From Alphaproteobacteria bacterium (lineage in GTDB: Bacteria; Pseudomonadota; Alphaproteobacteria; RF32; CAG-239): a DNA stretch of 64,000 nt. Both the position numbers and the translations under genes were made by a program. Under the pieces are notes generated by a model. That model was not told the DNA's origin. It made no database searches and saw only the letters and a list, made by a program, of their open reading frames with translations. The stretch spans positions 11,735 to 75,734 of the forward strand of contig JAZUAM010000028.1 in the NCBI GenBank assembly GCA_045637985.1, read 5' to 3'. This document shows, in pieces, positions 42,740 through 52,880 of the stretch (position 1 is the first letter of the stretch; the number at the start of each line of letters is the position of its first letter).

Positions 42740-43052
42740 ATTGTTTTATGAAGATACAAAGCAAGGAATTATTTTAAGAGTTAGGCTCACGCCTAACTCT
42801 TCTTGTTGTAAAATAACCGGATTATTCCAAACTCCGGAAGGAATGACCTTTCTAAAAATTAGCATCACAAGCGTCCCCGAAAAAGGAAAAGCAAATCAAG
42901 AACTGATTTCTTGGATTTCAAAACAACTGAAAATTGCTAAATCGAATTTATCAATTATTAGTGGAGAACTTGACAGATACAAAAAAATCCTTATAACAGC
43001 TGATAAGGAAAGTGTTTTACCCAAAATTACATCATGGATTACAAAGGAATAA
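42729..43052 (+). CDS. DUF167 (YggU) family protein
   Basis: VRLTPNSS, VPEKGKAN and IISGE..RYK. Confidence 0.88.
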   Translation: MSVKLFYEDTKQGIILRVRLTPNSSCCKITGLFQTPEGMTFLKISITSVPEKGKANQELISWISKQLKIAKSNLSIISGELDRYKKILITADKESVLPKITSWITKE

Positions 43053-43057
43053 AGATA

Positions 43058-43951
43058 ATGAGCGCTCAAATAATTAATGGAAAAGATGCTGCTGCAATTA
43101 TTCGTACAGATCTAAAAAATAAAATATCTTCAAATAACTGCAACGAAACTCCATGTTTAGCTGTAATTTTGGTCGGAGATAATGATGCCAGCAAGATATA
43201 TGTCCGCAACAAACAAAAAGCTGCCGAAGAAGTTGGTATTAAATGCAATATCATAGAGCTATCCCCGTCAATCGGAGAAAACGCACTAACTGATATCATT
43301 AATGAGCTTAATAATGACAACCATACCCATGGTATAATTGTTCAACTACCTCTTCCTGACCATCTAAATCAACTCAAAATTCTCTCTCTTATAAACCCTA
43401 CAAAAGACGTTGACGGATTCACTCCTTTCAATAACGGATTATTGGCATATAATAGTCCCGAAGCCTTAATCTCTGCTACACCTAAAGGCATTCTTAGTCT
43501 TCTAAAATCAACAAACATAGAACTTTCAGGCAAACATGCTGTTATAATCGGACGCTCAAATATTGTTGGAAAACCGCTCTCAATGTTGTTGCTTAACAAT
43601 GATTGTACAGTAAGTATAACCCACTCCAAAACTCAAAATATTGAATCTATCGTCAAAATGGCAGATATTGTTATAGCCGCATGCGGACAAGCCAAAATGA
43701 TTAAATCTTCATGGATAAAGCAAGGAGCAATCATTATAGATGTCGGAATTAATCGTTATGACGGAAAACTTTGTGGTGACGTCGATTTCGATGATGTAAA
43801 AGACAAAGCATCTTTTATCACTCCGGTTCCCGGTGGTGTCGGCCCCATGACTGTTGCAATGTTATTAGCAAATACCTACGAAGCATTTTGCCGACATATT
43901 CAAAATTCGACCACTTGTAAATGCAATAAAAACAACTGCTGTTGCCACTAA
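43058..43951 (+). CDS. folD: Methylenetetrahydrofolate dehydrogenase/cyclohydrolase
   Basis: YVRNK, GIIVQLPLP, KDVDG, GRSNIVGKP and TPVPGGVGPMT. Cys/His-rich tail. Confidence 0.97.
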   Translation: MSAQIINGKDAAAIIRTDLKNKISSNNCNETPCLAVILVGDNDASKIYVRNKQKAAEEVGIKCNIIELSPSIGENALTDIINELNNDNHTHGIIVQLPLPDHLNQLKILSLINPTKDVDGFTPFNNGLLAYNSPEALISATPKGILSLLKSTNIELSGKHAVIIGRSNIVGKPLSMLLLNNDCTVSITHSKTQNIESIVKMADIVIAACGQAKMIKSSWIKQGAIIIDVGINRYDGKLCGDVDFDDVKDKASFITPVPGGVGPMTVAMLLANTYEAFCRHIQNSTTCKCNKNNCCCH

Positions 43952-44008
43952 AAATTTTTGAATTAATGTTTATTTAAACTCCAGAAACAAACTTTCAGGA
44001 GTTTTAAT

Positions 44009-44374
44009 ATGTCAAACAAAGTTATTTTCATACTAGATAACGATAAAATTTTTTTAGAACTTTACACCAAATTACTTCAAAGCAAAGGATGGCAAGTATT
44101 TGCAACCGATAATCTGTTTCTGCTTTTAAAATACGCTCAAACGGCTTCTCCTGACTGGATTTTCATTGACGAAAGCTTTGCATGCAAACACGAAAAAGAA
44201 ATCGTAAATATAATCAATAAAGGCATTCCCTTTAAACAACCGAATTATGCATTTATGAGCGCATATGGCTCCCATAAAAATTTTCCTGAAAAAACTAATA
44301 TCGAAACAATTTACAAACCTCAAATTTTAGAAAAAATAATGCAAATAACAGAAAACTATTGCAATCCGCATTAA
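44009..44374 (+). CDS. Single-domain response regulator receiver protein
   Basis: ILDND acidic pocket, phosphoacceptor IFIDE, MSA and YKP. Confidence 0.72.
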   Translation: MSNKVIFILDNDKIFLELYTKLLQSKGWQVFATDNLFLLLKYAQTASPDWIFIDESFACKHEKEIVNIINKGIPFKQPNYAFMSAYGSHKNFPEKTNIETIYKPQILEKIMQITENYCNPH

Positions 44375-44423
44375 ATTGTTTAGTATCCCCTCTTGCATAC
44401 AAGTTATAAAACAGGAGATACAA

Positions 44424-45023
44424 ATGCTTACGTGGTTTAACAGATTGGTTCAAAAAACTTACGATATTATGCTTGATCTGTCTGCCAAACCCAATGCTTT
44501 AATATTTTTATGTCTTGTATCTTTCGTTGAAAGTTCTTTTTTTCCGATTCCACCTGATGTTATGTTGATTCCTATGGTTTTAGCAACCCCTAACAAAGCT
44601 TGGCGCATTGCCGGATTTGCAACATTGTTCAGCGTTCTTGGCGGATATTTCGGATATGGAATAGGCGTTTTCGCTTTTGATTTAATAGCGCAACCGATAC
44701 TTGAATTTTATAATGCTATGAAACAATTTCATGAATTTGAAAACTACTACCACCAATATGGAGCATGGATTGTTTTTGGAGCCGGAATAACTCCTTTTCC
44801 ATACAAAATAATAACCATCGCCAGTGGCGTCGTCCATCTTGATTTAATGGTATTTACCGTTGCCAGCATATTGGCCAGAGGAATGCGCTTTTTCCTTGTA
44901 GCATGGTTACTAAAAAAATATGGTTCTCCGATGAAACTTTTCATCGAAAAACACCTCGGTATTTTATCAATTTTATTTCTTATTTTATTAATCGGCGGAT
45001 TCGCTTTGATAAAATATCTATAA
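44424..45023 (+). CDS. YqaA/DedA family membrane protein
   Basis: ESSFFPIPPD, SVLGG..GY, TPFPYK and ARGMRF. Confidence 0.9.
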   Translation: MLTWFNRLVQKTYDIMLDLSAKPNALIFLCLVSFVESSFFPIPPDVMLIPMVLATPNKAWRIAGFATLFSVLGGYFGYGIGVFAFDLIAQPILEFYNAMKQFHEFENYYHQYGAWIVFGAGITPFPYKIITIASGVVHLDLMVFTVASILARGMRFFLVAWLLKKYGSPMKLFIEKHLGILSILFLILLIGGFALIKYL

Positions 45024-45122
45024 AAATAATTTTTTCTGATATTTTTTTGATAATAATAAAAAAACTCTGGATTTTTATTTTTTTTATGATATACAGAAAA
45101 CATATTAGATGTGATTTTAATG

Positions 45123-45152
45123 AAGTGGGGCCGAAAGCTCCGCTTTTTGTTT
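45123..45152 (+). promoter_or_regulatory. Terminator-like leader hairpin upstream of rimP-nusA
   Basis: AAGTGGGGC-CGAAA-GCTCCGCTTTTTGTTT directly before the rimP RBS. Confidence 0.65.
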
Positions 45153-45165
45153 AGGAGAAAACACA

Positions 45166-45663
45166 ATGCAAAAAAAGCATCCTATCTATGATTTGGTTGC
45201 ACCGACAATTGAAGATATGGGATTTGAAGTTGTGAGAATAATGATGACCGGAGTGCAAAAGCCAACACTTCAAATTATGATTGAACGACAAGATCGCAAA
45301 AATTTGGTTGTTGATGATTGTGCCGCCGTAAGTCGAGCTATTTCAGAAATACTTGACGAAAAAGATCCTATAGAGAGTGAATATTCTCTGGAAGTAAGCT
45401 CTCCGGGAATAGACAGACCTCTGACCACTCCGGAACATTTTGCTCGTTTCATCGGTTACGAAACAAAAATCGAAACAGATGCTTCTATAGATGGTCGCAA
45501 AAGATTCAAAGGAAAAACAACAACCATTGATACTGATAATATTATATCCATGGTTATGGAAGATAAAGAATACAAAATTCCTTTTGATGCTGTTTCAAAA
45601 GCAAAACTTGTCTTAACAGACGAACTTTGGAATGAATATATCCAAACTTGCGAAGAAGAATAA
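45166..45663 (+). CDS. rimP: Ribosome maturation factor RimP
   Basis: LQIMIER, DDCAAVSR and YSLEVSSPGIDRPL. Confidence 0.97.
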   Translation: MQKKHPIYDLVAPTIEDMGFEVVRIMMTGVQKPTLQIMIERQDRKNLVVDDCAAVSRAISEILDEKDPIESEYSLEVSSPGIDRPLTTPEHFARFIGYETKIETDASIDGRKRFKGKTTTIDTDNIISMVMEDKEYKIPFDAVSKAKLVLTDELWNEYIQTCEEE

Positions 45664-45699
45664 TTTTTACGTTAACATGATTTTAATTTAGAGGAAAAA

Positions 45700-47211
45700 A
45701 TGCAAACACAAGAAAATATGCCCAGACCCGAAATCGTTTTGGTTGCTGACACTGTAGCCAGAGAAAAAAATATTGATAAAGAAGACGTTTTGGAAGCAAT
45801 GGAAATTGCAATACAAAAATCCGCTCGTTCAAAATATGGTGTTGAACATGATATAAGAGCGCATATTGACAGAAAAACCGGTGCAATTTCTTTGGCCAGA
45901 TATCGTGAAGTTGTTGCTGATGACAAAAAAGAAAACGAAACTACACAATTAACATTAGATGAGGCTCAAGCCTATGAACCAAACATAAAAGTTGGAGAAT
46001 TTATAATAGATGCCTTACCGCCGATTGATTTCGGACGTATCGCTGCTCAAACAGCAAAACAAGTTATTGTACAAAAAGTTAGAGATGCCGAACGCAACAA
46101 ACAATTTGAAGAATATAAAGAAAAAATCGGTACAATTATAAACGGTACTGTTAAAAGAGTTGAATTTAACAGTGTTACTGTAGACATGGGAAAAACCGAG
46201 GCAGTATTACGCCGCGATGAAATAATTCCAAGAGAAAAATTCAAAGTAGGTGATAGAATCAGAGCCTATGTTTTGGATGTACGCCGTGAAAACAAAGGTC
46301 CACAAATTTTCTTATCTCGTACATGCCCTGAATTTTTAGCAAAATTGTTTACCTCTGAAGTTCCTGAAATATATGATGGCATTGTTCAAATAGTGGGTGT
46401 CGCTCGTGATCCGGGTTCAAAAGCTAAAATCGCCGTTAAAACAGATGATGTAACCGTTGATGCTGTTGGTGCATGTGTCGGTTTAAGAGGTATTCGTGTA
46501 CAAGCTGTTGTAAACGAACTGCAAGGCGAAAAAATTGATATTGTCCCTTATTCAGAAGATAAAGCTCAATTTATGGTAAGTGCTTTAGCTCCGGCCGAAG
46601 TTACAAAAGTTGTAATTGATGAAGAAAATAATCGCATTGAAGCTGTTGTTCCTCAAGAGCAATTTTCAATAGCTATCGGTCGTCGCGGACAAAATGTTAA
46701 ATTGGCATCTTTACTTTTAGGATGCGATATTGATGTTTTGACAGAAGAGCAAGAACAAGAACGTCGTTCAAATGAAAACAAGGTTCGTTCACAAAGATTT
46801 ATGGAAGCCTTGGATGTTGATGAAATGATTGCACACTTGCTTATTGCCGAGGGTTTCTCAAATGTTGATGAAGTAGCAATGGTCAGCCTGAGTGAGTTAG
46901 CTGAAATTGATGGTTTTGACGAAGAAGTTGCCCAAGAGCTTCAAAATAGAGCTAAAGAATATGTTGAAAAACGCAACAAAGAGTTTGCTGAAAAGAGTAA
47001 ATCTTTAGGAATTGATGAAAAACTACAAGCTATTGAAGGTCTTGATAAAGATATGCTTTTGGCTCTAGCCAACAACAATATTCGCACGGTCGATGATCTT
47101 GGTGATTTAGCCGCTGACGAATTAATTGAAATTCTGGGCGAAGATACTTTATCAACCAAAGAAGCTGAAAAAGTTATCATGGCTGCTCGAGCACATTGGT
47201 TTGAGGAATAA
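45700..47211 (+). CDS. nusA: Transcription termination factor NusA
   Basis: FGRIAAQTAKQVI, ARDPGSKAK, GACVGLRG, AIGRRGQNV and AARAHWF. Confidence 0.99.
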   Translation: MQTQENMPRPEIVLVADTVAREKNIDKEDVLEAMEIAIQKSARSKYGVEHDIRAHIDRKTGAISLARYREVVADDKKENETTQLTLDEAQAYEPNIKVGEFIIDALPPIDFGRIAAQTAKQVIVQKVRDAERNKQFEEYKEKIGTIINGTVKRVEFNSVTVDMGKTEAVLRRDEIIPREKFKVGDRIRAYVLDVRRENKGPQIFLSRTCPEFLAKLFTSEVPEIYDGIVQIVGVARDPGSKAKIAVKTDDVTVDAVGACVGLRGIRVQAVVNELQGEKIDIVPYSEDKAQFMVSALAPAEVTKVVIDEENNRIEAVVPQEQFSIAIGRRGQNVKLASLLLGCDIDVLTEEQEQERRSNENKVRSQRFMEALDVDEMIAHLLIAEGFSNVDEVAMVSLSELAEIDGFDEEVAQELQNRAKEYVEKRNKEFAEKSKSLGIDEKLQAIEGLDKDMLLALANNNIRTVDDLGDLAADELIEILGEDTLSTKEAEKVIMAARAHWFEE

Positions 47212-47222
47212 TTTTAATATTC

Positions 47223-47248
47223 GGCCGAATGTTTTATTACATTCGGCC
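47223..47248. other. Perfect 10-bp intergenic hairpin between nusA and the ylxR-like gene
   Basis: GGCCGAATGT-TTTATT-ACATTCGGCC with no U-tract. Confidence 0.6.
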
Positions 47249-47269
47249 TCCCCTAAAAAAGGAAAAAAT

Positions 47270-47839
47270 ATGTCTAAAGAAACAACCCGAAAATGTATTG
47301 TTACCGGACAACTTGTTGATAAAGAGCAATTGTTGCGCTTTACTGTATTGCCCGACAATACGGTTGTTCCTGACTTCAAAAAAAAGCTACCGGGCAAAGG
47401 ATTTTATATATTAAATTCGCGTTCCGTATTGCTCAAAGCTATTAACAATAATTTGTTTGCTAAAGCTTCAAAGAGTAATGCCAAAGCTTCACCAAGTATT
47501 ATAGAACAAGTTGAGCATATATTGAATAAACAAGCCCTTGATATTATTTCACTGGCTCGTAAAGCCGGCATTTTAATACTGGGAATGGATAAAGTAAAGG
47601 AAGCTATAAAAAGAGGGAATGTAGCATTTCTGCATGAAGCTATAAATGCAGGAGAAGACGGACATAACAAAATATTAACAATAGCTAAAAACATCGAAAT
47701 TTTTAACTTGTTTAAAATTGAGGAGTTAGATAAAGAACTAGCAAGAGAAAATACAGTCCATCTGGCCTTTGTTAAAAGCAATATGGCTCAAACAGTTAGA
47801 GAAACATTTGTTCGTCTAACTTCATTCTTAAACAATTAA
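47270..47839 (+). CDS. YlxR (DUF448)-L7Ae-like RNA-binding protein
   Basis: RKCIVT...LLRF...KLPGKG followed by LARKAG...G. Position between nusA and infB. Confidence 0.88.
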   Translation: MSKETTRKCIVTGQLVDKEQLLRFTVLPDNTVVPDFKKKLPGKGFYILNSRSVLLKAINNNLFAKASKSNAKASPSIIEQVEHILNKQALDIISLARKAGILILGMDKVKEAIKRGNVAFLHEAINAGEDGHNKILTIAKNIEIFNLFKIEELDKELARENTVHLAFVKSNMAQTVRETFVRLTSFLNN

Positions 47840-47866
47840 AATATACTAAAAACGGAGTATCAATAT

Positions 47867-50332
47867 ATGACAGAAGATAATGCAAAAAAGAAATTAACAT
47901 TATCGGGAAAATCAACCCTAACACTAAAATTAGGAAGTAAACATCAACCATCTGATGGCAAAAAAATGGTTCAGGTTGAAGTTCGTAAAAAAAGAATTAT
48001 CGGACAAAATCAAGTCTCTGAACAAAAAACACCTCAAATTGATGAGGAAACAGCGGCCAAATTAAAACTCATCGCAGAAGCTAAAGAATATGATAATAAA
48101 CGCCGTCAGGAAGAAGAAGAACGCAATTTGCTACGCCAAAAACAAAAAGAAGATGAACTGAAAAAACAACAAGAAAAAGAGGCTGAAGAAAAAAGAATTG
48201 CTGAAGAAAAAGCTAAACAGGAAGCTCAAAAAGCAAAATCAGAAACATTATCAAACACTCAAAGCGAGATAGATAATCGAGCTATCAACAAATTCAAAGA
48301 ACGCCAAAAAAGAGATTTTGATGATGACGACGATGATGACGATGATAATATTCGTCCATCCAAAAAAGCAACTTCAAAAGAAGACATCTTTGAACAAGAA
48401 CGCAAAAAACAAATAACTAAACGATCTTTTGAACCTCAACGTCGTTCCAATAAAGTAAGTATTCACAACATTTCTACAGACGATGATGATGATGACTATG
48501 GATTCGGAGGCCCTCGTCGTAGATTTAAGAAAAAACAACCCAAGCCGGTTGTTCAAGTTGCTCCAACAGAAAAAGTAATCAAAGAAGTTATTATTCCTGA
48601 GGTTATAACTGTTCAAGAACTGGCCAACCGTATGGCTGAAAAATCAGCAGAAGTTATTAAAAAATTGATGGCTCTGGGGGTAATGGCAACAATTAACCAA
48701 CCTATTGATGCTGATACCGCTCAAATAATTGTTGAAGAATTTGGTCATAAATTTAAGCGTGTTGCAGATAGCGACGTTGAAGAAGGCCTCTACAAACAAG
48801 ATGATTCTGATGATAAAATGTTGCCTCGAGCTCCGGTTGTAACCGTTATGGGACACGTTGATCATGGTAAAACATCTCTTCTTGATGCCCTTCGTGAAAC
48901 CAATGTTGTATCTCGTGAAGCCGGAGGTATTACTCAACATATCGGTGCTTACCAAATTACCGTTCCTTCCGGTGACAAAATTACCTTTATCGACACTCCC
49001 GGTCACGAAGCATTTTCTGAAATGCGCGCCCGTGGTGCTAAAGTTACAGATATTGTCGTACTGGTAGTTGCGGCCAACGATGGAATCATGCCCCAAACAA
49101 TCGAAGCTATTCGTCACGCTCAAGCTGCTGAAGTACCAATCGTTGTTGCTATTAACAAAATTGACCTTCCGGCTGCTGATCCAATGAAAGTAAAAACAAG
49201 TTTATTACAACATGGTATTGGTGTTGAAGAAATGGGAGGAGAATGCTTATGCGCCGAAGTATCTGCTAAAAAACGCATAAACATAGACAAATTGGTTGAA
49301 GCAATCTTACTACAAGCGGAAATGTTAGACCTAAAAGCTAATCCTGACCGCAATGGAGAAGGTGTTGTTGTTGAAGCCAAAATGGAAAAAGGTCGTGGTA
49401 CCGTTGTTACCGCTTTGGTTCAAAAAGGAACATTAAAAATCGGTGATGTCGTAATTGCTGGTAAAGAATGGGGTCACGTTCGTGCAATGTTCAACGAACA
49501 TGGTCAAAAAATGCAAGAAGCAGGCCCGGCAACTCCTGTTGAAATCTTAGGTTTACAAGGAACTCCTTCTGCCGGTGATGATATCATTGCCGTTGCAGAT
49601 GAAAGTAAGGCTAAAGAAATTACCGGATACCGCATCCGCAAAGAGCGAGAAGCCAAGTTGGTAAAATCTGCTAAATCTGCTATGGAACAAATGCTCGACA
49701 AAATTAAATCAGGTGAAGTCAAAAACTTGCCAATCATAATCAAAGCAGACGTTCAAGGTTCTATCGAAGCTATTGAAGGAACTGTTTCAAAACTTTCCAA
49801 TGATGAAGTTAAAGTTCAAATTTTACATTCTGCCGTTGGTGGTATTTCAGAATCTGATGTTACCTTAGCCAAAGCATCTCATGCATTGATTATTGGATTT
49901 AACGTTCGTGCTAATACTCAAGCAAGAGATATGGCTCGCAGAGATAATGTAGAAATAAAATACTACTCAATTATTTATGATGTATTAAATGACATCAAAA
50001 AAGGATTAGAAGGTATGTTATCGCCCGAACTTCGTGAAAAATTGCTTGGTTATGCTGAAATTCGTGAAGTATACAACATCACAGGTGTAGGTAAAGTTGG
50101 CGGCTGTATGATCACCGAAGGTATGGTTAAACGTGGCGCCAAGATACGCTTATTACGTGATAACGTAGTTATTCACGATGGCGCAATCGGACAGCTCAAA
50201 CGCTTCAAAGAAGATGTTAAAGAAGTCAAAGAAGGATTTGAGTGCGGTATTTCATTCGAAAATTACAACGACATTCAAAAAGGTGACTTTATTGAATGTT
50301 ATGAAATTGAAGAAATCGCAGCTAAATTATAA
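47867..50332 (+). CDS. infB: Translation initiation factor IF-2
   Basis: [27 protein letters not shown] and KADVQGS. Confidence 0.99.
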   Translation: MTEDNAKKKLTLSGKSTLTLKLGSKHQPSDGKKMVQVEVRKKRIIGQNQVSEQKTPQIDEETAAKLKLIAEAKEYDNKRRQEEEERNLLRQKQKEDELKKQQEKEAEEKRIAEEKAKQEAQKAKSETLSNTQSEIDNRAINKFKERQKRDFDDDDDDDDDNIRPSKKATSKEDIFEQERKKQITKRSFEPQRRSNKVSIHNISTDDDDDDYGFGGPRRRFKKKQPKPVVQVAPTEKVIKEVIIPEVITVQELANRMAEKSAEVIKKLMALGVMATINQPIDADTAQIIVEEFGHKFKRVADSDVEEGLYKQDDSDDKMLPRAPVVTVMGHVDHGKTSLLDALRETNVVSREAGGITQHIGAYQITVPSGDKITFIDTPGHEAFSEMRARGAKVTDIVVLVVAANDGIMPQTIEAIRHAQAAEVPIVVAINKIDLPAADPMKVKTSLLQHGIGVEEMGGECLCAEVSAKKRINIDKLVEAILLQAEMLDLKANPDRNGEGVVVEAKMEKGRGTVVTALVQKGTLKIGDVVIAGKEWGHVRAMFNEHGQKMQEAGPATPVEILGLQGTPSAGDDIIAVADESKAKEITGYRIRKEREAKLVKSAKSAMEQMLDKIKSGEVKNLPIIIKADVQGSIEAIEGTVSKLSNDEVKVQILHSAVGGISESDVTLAKASHALIIGFNVRANTQARDMARRDNVEIKYYSIIYDVLNDIKKGLEGMLSPELREKLLGYAEIREVYNITGVGKVGGCMITEGMVKRGAKIRLLRDNVVIHDGAIGQLKRFKEDVKEVKEGFECGISFENYNDIQKGDFIECYEIEEIAAKL

Positions 50333-50345
50333 ACTTTTCAGTCCG

Positions 50346-50378
50346 ATAAAAAAGCGCTCATCAGAGCGCTTTTTTTAT
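50346..50378. terminator. Bidirectional terminator between infB and lptG
   Basis: ATAAAAAAGCGCTC-ATCA-GAGCGCTTTTTTTAT. Confidence 0.85.
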
Positions 50379-50382
50379 TAAT

Positions 50383-51489
50383 TTAACCATCTTCTAAATG
50401 TAATAACAACGAAACAGCAATCAATGATGCAATACCTGTCGGCGCAAGAATTGCTAAAAACACCGGAATATTTCCGCTAATTCCCATTGCATATACTACT
50501 TGTGACAAAAAATATGCAGAAAAACCCGTTACGATTCCCCCAACAATCAAAAACATTACACCACCACGCCTATTATTAGGGCGCAAAGCAAAAACCGCCG
50601 CCATCAACACCATAGATACTAAAAACAACGGCGATATAAACAATGACCAAAATCTCATTTGGTGTCTTTGTACCGCAAAACCTGATTTATCATAAAACCG
50701 TATAACCCTTGGCAAATTCCAAAAAGATATAGCTTCCGGCTCAACAAAATTTTCTTCTATTTTATTCATATCGAGTCCTGTTTTATACTGCATTTCACTC
50801 AAATTATGAACAGGAGCCCCCGCCTTATAAATTTTTACATTTTGCAAATCAAAAAAACCTTTTTCTAAAACTCCGGCAAAAGCTTCTATGCGTCTTACAG
50901 GTTGCGATTTTTTATCCATTTCCAAAATTGTTATACCTCTCAATAACAAATTATCATTTTCCGGATGTAATGACTTCGCGTGTAATACCATAACCTTATC
51001 ATCATCTATGGCTTCTCTGCTCCACAATCCTTGATCTGAAAAAGACATCGCTTGCATATTTTTTGTATCCATCCGCCTCTCTAAGGTTTCAAACAAACTA
51101 TACAAATCTGCGGCTACAGGATTAATCAACGCAACATTAACAATCCCCACTATCAACGTTGCCACACAAATAGGTACTAAAAATCCCCAAATAGAAACCC
51201 CGGCAGATCTCATCACTACAAACTCACTGGTCTTACTTAATTTCCAAAAAGTAATCATAGCTGCAATCATCATTACAAAAGGAAAAACTTGTTCCACTGT
51301 TTTGGGCAACCTCGCAACAGCAAGTTGAACCGCAAACCATATCCCAAAATCTTCATGCCCTGAAATTCTGCGTAATCTTTCTACCATTTCAAACAAAAAA
51401 ATTATTCCCAGAATTATCAGCAATACCGCCAAAAAATTAAATATTATTTGCTTTGTCAGGTAACGACCCAATATCGAAGTAGGTTTCAT
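50383..51489 (-). CDS. lptG: LPS export ABC transporter permease LptG
   Basis: ILGRYL, SEFVVMRSAGVSIW, GLWSRE, ISFWNLP and C-terminal LLHLEDG. Confidence 0.88.
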   Translation of the reverse strand: MKPTSILGRYLTKQIIFNFLAVLLIILGIIFLFEMVERLRRISGHEDFGIWFAVQLAVARLPKTVEQVFPFVMMIAAMITFWKLSKTSEFVVMRSAGVSIWGFLVPICVATLIVGIVNVALINPVAADLYSLFETLERRMDTKNMQAMSFSDQGLWSREAIDDDKVMVLHAKSLHPENDNLLLRGITILEMDKKSQPVRRIEAFAGVLEKGFFDLQNVKIYKAGAPVHNLSEMQYKTGLDMNKIEENFVEPEAISFWNLPRVIRFYDKSGFAVQRHQMRFWSLFISPLFLVSMVLMAAVFALRPNNRRGGVMFLIVGGIVTGFSAYFLSQVVYAMGISGNIPVFLAILAPTGIASLIAVSLLLHLEDG

Positions 51490-51620
51490 AAAACATCTCA
51501 AAAAAAACAATTAAACTTGTTCCAAGATTAGGAAAAAAAAGCTTTGATTGCAAGTCAAATTTTTAATCAAATTTTATTCTTTATCAATTAGACTACACCA
51601 TATTACAAAGGAGGTTCGTC

Positions 51621-52880
51621 TTGCTAAAATGGCTTAAATCTTTGAAAATATATGCTGACCATCGTATGTTTATAATGTTATTGTTGGGTTTTTCCTCCGG
51701 ACTTCCTTTTTTATTGGTATCCTCAACACTATCACTTTGGCTGAAAGATGCCGGTATATCACTCATTGCCATAGGTCTCTTCTCAATAGTCAAAATACCA
51801 TACAGCTTCAAATGGCTAATATCCCCTCTCATTGATCAAATAAACCTTCCTATATTTAACAAATTCGGACGACGACGCGGATGGGCTGTATTATTACAAA
51901 TAATGCTAATCATATCATTATTGTCAATGTCAATTACTCAACCGACCATTTCGCCGATTCTTTTTACAATATGGGTTGTTACAACAGCATTATTTTCGGC
52001 ATCGCAAGATATTGTTTTAGATGCCTATCGTATTGAACGATTCAAACCATCAGAACAAGCTGCAGGTGTAGCAATCTTTGTTTTAGGCTACAGATTTGGT
52101 TTACTGTTTTCCGGAGCAGGAGCATTATTTTTAGCTGACTACCTAAGTTGGAATCACGTATATCAAATAATGGCTGCAGGTGTTTTCATCGGTTTAGTAA
52201 CAATCTTATTTTCCAAAGAACCTGACAACAATCAAGCTTCACACCCCTACACTCTACGCGCAACAATAGTAAATGCCGTTATTAAACCATTTTCAGATTT
52301 TGCTAAGCGTAAAAACTGGCAATATATTCTTCTGTTCATTTTTTTATACAGAATGAGCGATGCCTATGTAGCCCCTATGGCCTATCCTTTTTTTGATGAT
52401 ATTGGCTTCAGCAAAATACAAATTGCATCAATTATCAAAATTTATGGTGTTATCGCTACAATAATAGGAACCATAATCGGAGGAGCCGTTGTAAATCGTA
52501 TAGGACTGACAAAATCATTAGTAATTTGCGGTTTTCTTCAAGGTCTTTCAAACCTTGTCTATGTAGGACAAGTTTATGCAGGAAACAATACGGAAATATT
52601 GATACTTAATATATTTATCGAAAACATATCCGGTGGAATGGGAACCGCAGCTTTTGTTGCCTATTTGTCGTCATTATGCAACAAAAAATATACAGCGACA
52701 CAATATGCTCTTCTTTCATCATTCATGAGTGCCGCACGTGATATTTTCGCTGCTTCATCCGGTTTTGTTGCTAAAGCAACATCTTGGCAGTGTTTTTTCA
52801 TAACAACAACTATTATGGCAATTCCGGGTATGTTGGTTTTATGGTACCTTATTCACACAAAATCAATAAAAAACAACTAA
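51621..52880 (+). CDS. ampG: AmpG-like muropeptide MFS permease
   Basis: LGFSSGLP, PYSFKW..P.ID, GRRRGW, SASQDIVLDAYRIE and TATQYAL. Confidence 0.9.
   Translation: MLKWLKSLKIYADHRMFIMLLLGFSSGLPFLLVSSTLSLWLKDAGISLIAIGLFSIVKIPYSFKWLISPLIDQINLPIFNKFGRRRGWAVLLQIMLIISLLSMSITQPTISPILFTIWVVTTALFSASQDIVLDAYRIERFKPSEQAAGVAIFVLGYRFGLLFSGAGALFLADYLSWNHVYQIMAAGVFIGLVTILFSKEPDNNQASHPYTLRATIVNAVIKPFSDFAKRKNWQYILLFIFLYRMSDAYVAPMAYPFFDDIGFSKIQIASIIKIYGVIATIIGTIIGGAVVNRIGLTKSLVICGFLQGLSNLVYVGQVYAGNNTEILILNIFIENISGGMGTAAFVAYLSSLCNKKYTATQYALLSSFMSAARDIFAASSGFVAKATSWQCFFITTTIMAIPGMLVLWYLIHTKSIKNN

Noticed and set aside
47126-47269. Long N-terminal extensions in the ORF track (ylxR-like; also mreB, miaB, glyA, folD)
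   Set aside because: They are artefacts of first-start calling. Downstream ATGs fit family N-termini and RBS positions better.
48320-48496. GAT/GAC repeats in infB as a contingency locus
   Set aside because: These are in-frame, mixed-codon poly-Asp tracts in the variable IF-2 N-terminus.
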